NCBI GenBank assembly: GCA_038831915.1
Contig: JAWBKB010000001.1
Coordinates: forward strand, 122,172 to 186,171
DNA from: Candidatus Caldarchaeum sp.
GTDB taxonomy: Archaea; Thermoproteota; Nitrososphaeria_A; Caldarchaeales; Caldarchaeaceae
Direction: 5' to 3'
DNA length: 64,000 nt
The notes beneath the pieces are model-generated. The model was not told the DNA's origin, ran no database searches, and worked only from the letters and a program-made list of their open reading frames with translations. Of this stretch, positions 60,512 through 64,000 are shown piece after piece (the stretch's first letter is position 1; the number at the start of each line of letters is the position of its first letter). The position numbers and the translations under genes were made by a program.

Positions 60512-61244
60512 ACCTTCTGTTTGAAATCATTTCAAGGAAGATTTCTTCAAGGCTTTTCATGTCGTGCGATTGTTTAAGTGAATCGAGCGATGAGGAATGC
60601 AAAACTTTTCCGCTGTAGATAATAGATGCGTAGTTGCAAATTTTTTCCGCCGAATCTAGTAAATGGGTCGAAATCAGCACTGCTCCTCCCTTTCGGATGA
60701 CTTGGTTAAAGTAGTCTTTCGCGGTTTTCTGGGCCTCGGGGTCGAGGCCGTTGAAAGGTTCGTCGAGAATCAGGACTGTGGGTGAGCCTATAAGAGAAGC
60801 GGCAACGGCCGCCCTCTGTTTCATTCCTTTCGACAACTCGTAAAGCAACCGGTCGGAAACCCCCACCAACCCGAACGAATCCAATAGCTCATTGACTTCT
60901 TTCCTGATTGTTTCAGCTTTCAAGCCTTTCAGCTTAGCGGAAAACACCAAGAACTCCTCGACCGTCAAATAATCGGGAAGAGCTGGGTTTTCAGGTAGGT
61001 AACCCAGTGAACTTTTGTATTCCGCGGTGCTGGTGATTCCTCTTCCTGTGAATTTGACCGTTCCTCTATCTGGTTTTAGCAGACCGACTACGCATTTTAG
61101 GGTTGTGGTTTTGCCGGAGCCGTTGGGGCCCAGCAGACCGTGAATCTGACCAGATTCAAGTCTGAGACACAGGCCTCGAATTGCCTGAACCCTTCCAAAA
61201 CTCTTCCACAGGTCGTCGACTTCGATGAGCGGCCCTGCCATCAC
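60492..61244 (-). CDS. ABC transporter ATP-binding protein
   Basis: GPNGSGKTT, LSKGM, LDEPF, STH. Confidence 0.93.
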   Translation of the reverse strand: MMAGPLIEVDDLWKSFGRVQAIRGLCLRLESGQIHGLLGPNGSGKTTTLKCVVGLLKPDRGTVKFTGRGITSTAEYKSSLGYLPENPALPDYLTVEEFLVFSAKLKGLKAETIRKEVNELLDSFGLVGVSDRLLYELSKGMKQRAAVAASLIGSPTVLILDEPFNGLDPEAQKTAKDYFNQVIRKGGAVLISTHLLDSAEKICNYASIIYSGKVLHSSSLDSLKQSHDMKSLEEIFLEMISNRRFDHVDN

Positions 61245-61282
61245 CCGTAAAACAGAGAAAAGTTATAAAAAATTTTCTGATT

Positions 61283-61594
61283 TTAGCCGAACAGCGCGCT
61301 TAAACCGGTTAAAGCTTCCTCTTTCTCTTCTTTCTTCTCTTCCTTGGGCTTCTCTGCGGGAGCGGCCGCTGGCTGAGGTGCGGCCTGCGAGGGTGCTGGC
61401 GCTACGGCAACTGGTGCCGCGGAGGCTTGCTTCAGGACGTCATCTATGTTGATTTCTGACAAGGCCGCCGCCAAAGATTTGATTTTTGATAGGTCTGGAG
61501 TGATTCCAGCGGCTTCGACGACCCGTTTCAATCCTTCTTCATCGACTTTTTTGCCGGCCCTGTGAAGCAGCAACGCAGCATAGATGTACTCCAA
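61283..61594 (-). CDS. rpl12: 50S ribosomal protein P1 (L12)
   Basis: [11 protein letters not shown], Ala-rich hinge, acidic tail GLSALFG. Confidence 0.97.
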   Translation of the reverse strand: MEYIYAALLLHRAGKKVDEEGLKRVVEAAGITPDLSKIKSLAAALSEINIDDVLKQASAAPVAVAPAPSQAAPQPAAAPAEKPKEEKKEEKEEALTGLSALFG

Positions 61595-61684
61595 TCTACA
61601 TCACTCTGCCGTTTTTGGGGTATTGGTTATTCTTAAACATATTCGGAAAAAATGTTATATCGCTAGGGATGACCGAAGTGTTGG

Positions 61685-62809
61685 ATGAGGTATTCGGGTT
61701 CGGCTGTTCTTTGGCTGGCCGAGGGGAGCGTTCCGCATTTTGCTGAAATGGTTGTTTTAGGAAGAGAAATTTTGAAGGCGTTGGTCGAGGAAATCGGCGC
61801 CGACGGAGTGGTTAAGAGATTTGCCGACCCTTTCTGGCTGACTGCTTTCGCATGTGTTCTCGGGTTTGAATGGAACACCAGCGGCCAAACCACCGTAACC
61901 CTGAAGGCGCTGAAACAGGGTTTGGCGGGAACCGACATACCGGTTAGAATCTGTGGAGGTAAAGGGATTGAAATGCGGAAATCATATCTTGAAGCGGGTA
62001 AATTTCTCGCGGAAATCGGAGTTAAGGAAGTTGGCGAAATCAGAAGGGTCATGCGTCTGACGGCGGCGGTCGATGACGCAGCGTTGCAGGATTGTCACGA
62101 CGTCTACTTCAACGCTACACTGGTTTCAGAGACAGGTAAATGGACAGTGGTAAACCAGGGAATGGATGTTAAGACTGGAACTGCCCGCAGGTACCATTGG
62201 TCAAGCGATATTGGAGCACGTGTTGATGAGCCGCATTCCGAAATAGTGGGCGACTGCTCATACCCTGTAGTTCTCAACCTCACTTGTGCCGCTTCATCCG
62301 AGACGAGAAAGACGATTCTGGAAATGCTTTGGGATACTCCACCTAGCAGGCTGAACGAAGACCTCGCACAGGTCAAAGCCATGCTTAAGAAACAGACGTT
62401 TCTCGACCGTGAAACCCTGCTTCAGCCGCCTGAAATTCCAAATGAATTACTCCCACCTCAGAAACTCGATGAAGAAACTATACGCAGGGCAAAACACGTA
62501 ACGAAATTTGAGGAGCTGCTTTTGACGTCTGGGATAGGAAAGGCAACGGTGAGAGGATTGGCATACATCGGCGCCCTTCTCTATGGTTCACGTCTTTCAT
62601 GGAAAGACCCTGTAAAATTTGTTTACGCGTTTGGGACGAAGAGCGGCAAACCATACTATGTAAACCGAAAAGCCATGATCGAGGCCGCTGAATTTCTCAA
62701 ATCCGCTGTCCTCGGCTCAAAAATGGGCGACGGAGATAAAGTCACCGCTCTGAGGCGTTTGAAAAGTTTCATCGAAAATTTGGAAAAAGAAGAATCAGTC
62801 AACCATTAG
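61685..62809 (+). CDS. DUF763 family protein
   Basis: DPFW..CVLGFEWNTSGQTT..ALK, GGKG, ALQD, ARRYHW, EPH, KDPVKFVYAFGTKSG. Confidence 0.88.
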   Translation: MRYSGSAVLWLAEGSVPHFAEMVVLGREILKALVEEIGADGVVKRFADPFWLTAFACVLGFEWNTSGQTTVTLKALKQGLAGTDIPVRICGGKGIEMRKSYLEAGKFLAEIGVKEVGEIRRVMRLTAAVDDAALQDCHDVYFNATLVSETGKWTVVNQGMDVKTGTARRYHWSSDIGARVDEPHSEIVGDCSYPVVLNLTCAASSETRKTILEMLWDTPPSRLNEDLAQVKAMLKKQTFLDRETLLQPPEIPNELLPPQKLDEETIRRAKHVTKFEELLLTSGIGKATVRGLAYIGALLYGSRLSWKDPVKFVYAFGTKSGKPYYVNRKAMIEAAEFLKSAVLGSKMGDGDKVTALRRLKSFIENLEKEESVNH

Positions 62810-63072
62810 ATGCGAGTAACCGATTGAACGTCAAACTCTCCAATAAGTTCCACCGTTGACAAATACTGCTCCAGTGCTTCTCCTATGCCGTCGACCTCCG
62901 GCATCAAAAATCCGACAACCAGTGCCTTCAGTCCAAAACCGATTTCTTCAACCTTTTTCTCGCTTATCGTCACACCGTTGGGTAAGTTTGCCGCAACCGC
63001 TTTAGCCAAGTCATCCAAGTTTGTGTCAGAATCCTTCGGAAGAATGCGTACAACCATTAGGACTTTTGCCAT
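62806..63072 (-). CDS. ef1b: Elongation factor 1-beta
   Basis: RILPKDSDTNLD, EEIGFGLKAL. Confidence 0.92.
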   Translation of the reverse strand: MAKVLMVVRILPKDSDTNLDDLAKAVAANLPNGVTISEKKVEEIGFGLKALVVGFLMPEVDGIGEALEQYLSTVELIGEFDVQSVTRI

Positions 63073-63105
63073 GGAGGTAAGCTGAAAACCCAGAATTTAA
63101 CGCAT

Positions 63106-63981
63106 TCATGTCCTTTCCAGCAGGCTTAGAAATGTTTCCCGCATCATGCTAACCAGTTGGTACATTTTTTCGTCTTGTGCGTTTTCAAACATTCTTACGG
63201 CGTCGTATATCGCGTGCTCCGCTAAACCGACCACACCCTTCGAGAGGAAACCGAGCGACTCGTAGATGTGTTCAAAGCCTGCGGCCTTGAAGTCACGTCG
63301 TTTCACACAGTCTACAGATCTGCGAAAATGTTCAAAAGTCTCCACCGCCACGTCCTGATTCACCAGCCCTTTGAAAACACCTCTCGGCTTCGGATTAGTT
63401 ACTTCTGAGACGGTGTTCACGTTCGAAAATTCATACGGGTTTTGCGTCAAGTTTCCACCGTAAATCAAATAAATGGTTTCACTTGAACGAAGAATGTCAG
63501 AAGACCTGATGAGATTTTTTCTCGTTTCAAGGAATTCGTTAACATAGCGTTTGGCCTTATCTCGTCTCACCACTTGAATTAAGGGCTCTGTCGCGCCGTT
63601 CCCCCAAACAATTGACATTGATGAATATGGGTTTTGTTTAAACCTTTCGACTATTTTGGTGAAGGTCGCCGGCCGTATCCATGGCACGTCGTTTGAACAG
63701 GTCAAGAACGCGTCGGCGTGAATTTTTTCCGCCGCTGTGAACAGACCACTGAGAGGGCCAAAATTAAAAGAATCCACCAAATATCCAGTGGCGAAGGGGT
63801 TGCATACTTCGGCGAGCTGTCTTCCTCTATCTTCTTGTTTGACCGAAATCCAGACTTCGGACACGGCATGTGACATGGAGGCTGCAACCCGGCGGATCAT
63901 CGGCACACCATCGACTGGAAACAAAGCCTTATCGGCGCCGAACCTCTTAGCTACTCCGCCTGAAAGTATGACACCGCACAC
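63106..63981 (-). CDS. mobA: Molybdenum cofactor guanylyltransferase (MobA-like) with C-terminal extension
   Basis: ILSGGVAKRFGADKA, GPLSG, NDVP, EPL, NVNT. Confidence 0.82.
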   Translation of the reverse strand: MCGVILSGGVAKRFGADKALFPVDGVPMIRRVAASMSHAVSEVWISVKQEDRGRQLAEVCNPFATGYLVDSFNFGPLSGLFTAAEKIHADAFLTCSNDVPWIRPATFTKIVERFKQNPYSSMSIVWGNGATEPLIQVVRRDKAKRYVNEFLETRKNLIRSSDILRSSETIYLIYGGNLTQNPYEFSNVNTVSEVTNPKPRGVFKGLVNQDVAVETFEHFRRSVDCVKRRDFKAAGFEHIYESLGFLSKGVVGLAEHAIYDAVRMFENAQDEKMYQLVSMMRETFLSLLERT

Positions 63982-64000
63982 GCGCGAATTTCTTCACCTC

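Noticed and set aside
269-63887. Numerous 60-200 aa ORFs antisense to or nested in assigned genes (e.g. 2436..2960, 20644..21249, 46777..47262)
   Set aside because: Shadow ORFs of real genes with no motifs and atypical composition.
1-64000. CRISPR arrays, rRNA, transposases, defence islands
   Set aside because: No periodic repeats or relevant motifs seen; intergenic gaps are too short.

Overview
Gene-dense archaeal chromosome segment with about 70 CDS and one tRNA-Asn. I found no CRISPR array, rRNA, integrase or IS element. Markers include Alba, thermosome, Rpo6, Spt5, aIF-1A, aEF-1beta, L39e, P0/P1, NAC and archaeal ThrS/AlaS. With a TackOD1-like protein and the split rpl10/rpl12 arrangement, these point to a TACK archaeon, probably Aigarchaeota/Caldarchaeales-like (inference). 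Most content is housekeeping. The unusual elements are: (1) an overlapping gene pair encoding a Zn-ribbon-fused Rab/Ras-like small GTPase lacking G3 and a multi-Zn-finger TackOD1-like protein with a degenerate nuclease-like domain; (2) an Spt5 with a ~150-aa insertion inside its NGN domain; (3) an ArsR-HTH/ATP-cone/dead-NrdD fusion that may be a dNTP-sensing regulator; (4) a HAD phosphatase fused to PINA ATPase; (5) glnA followed by three HTH-less Lrp/AsnC proteins; and (6) several apparent pseudoenzymes plus an ASCH gene with an in-frame TGA. All assignments come from motif recognition only; no database searches were run.
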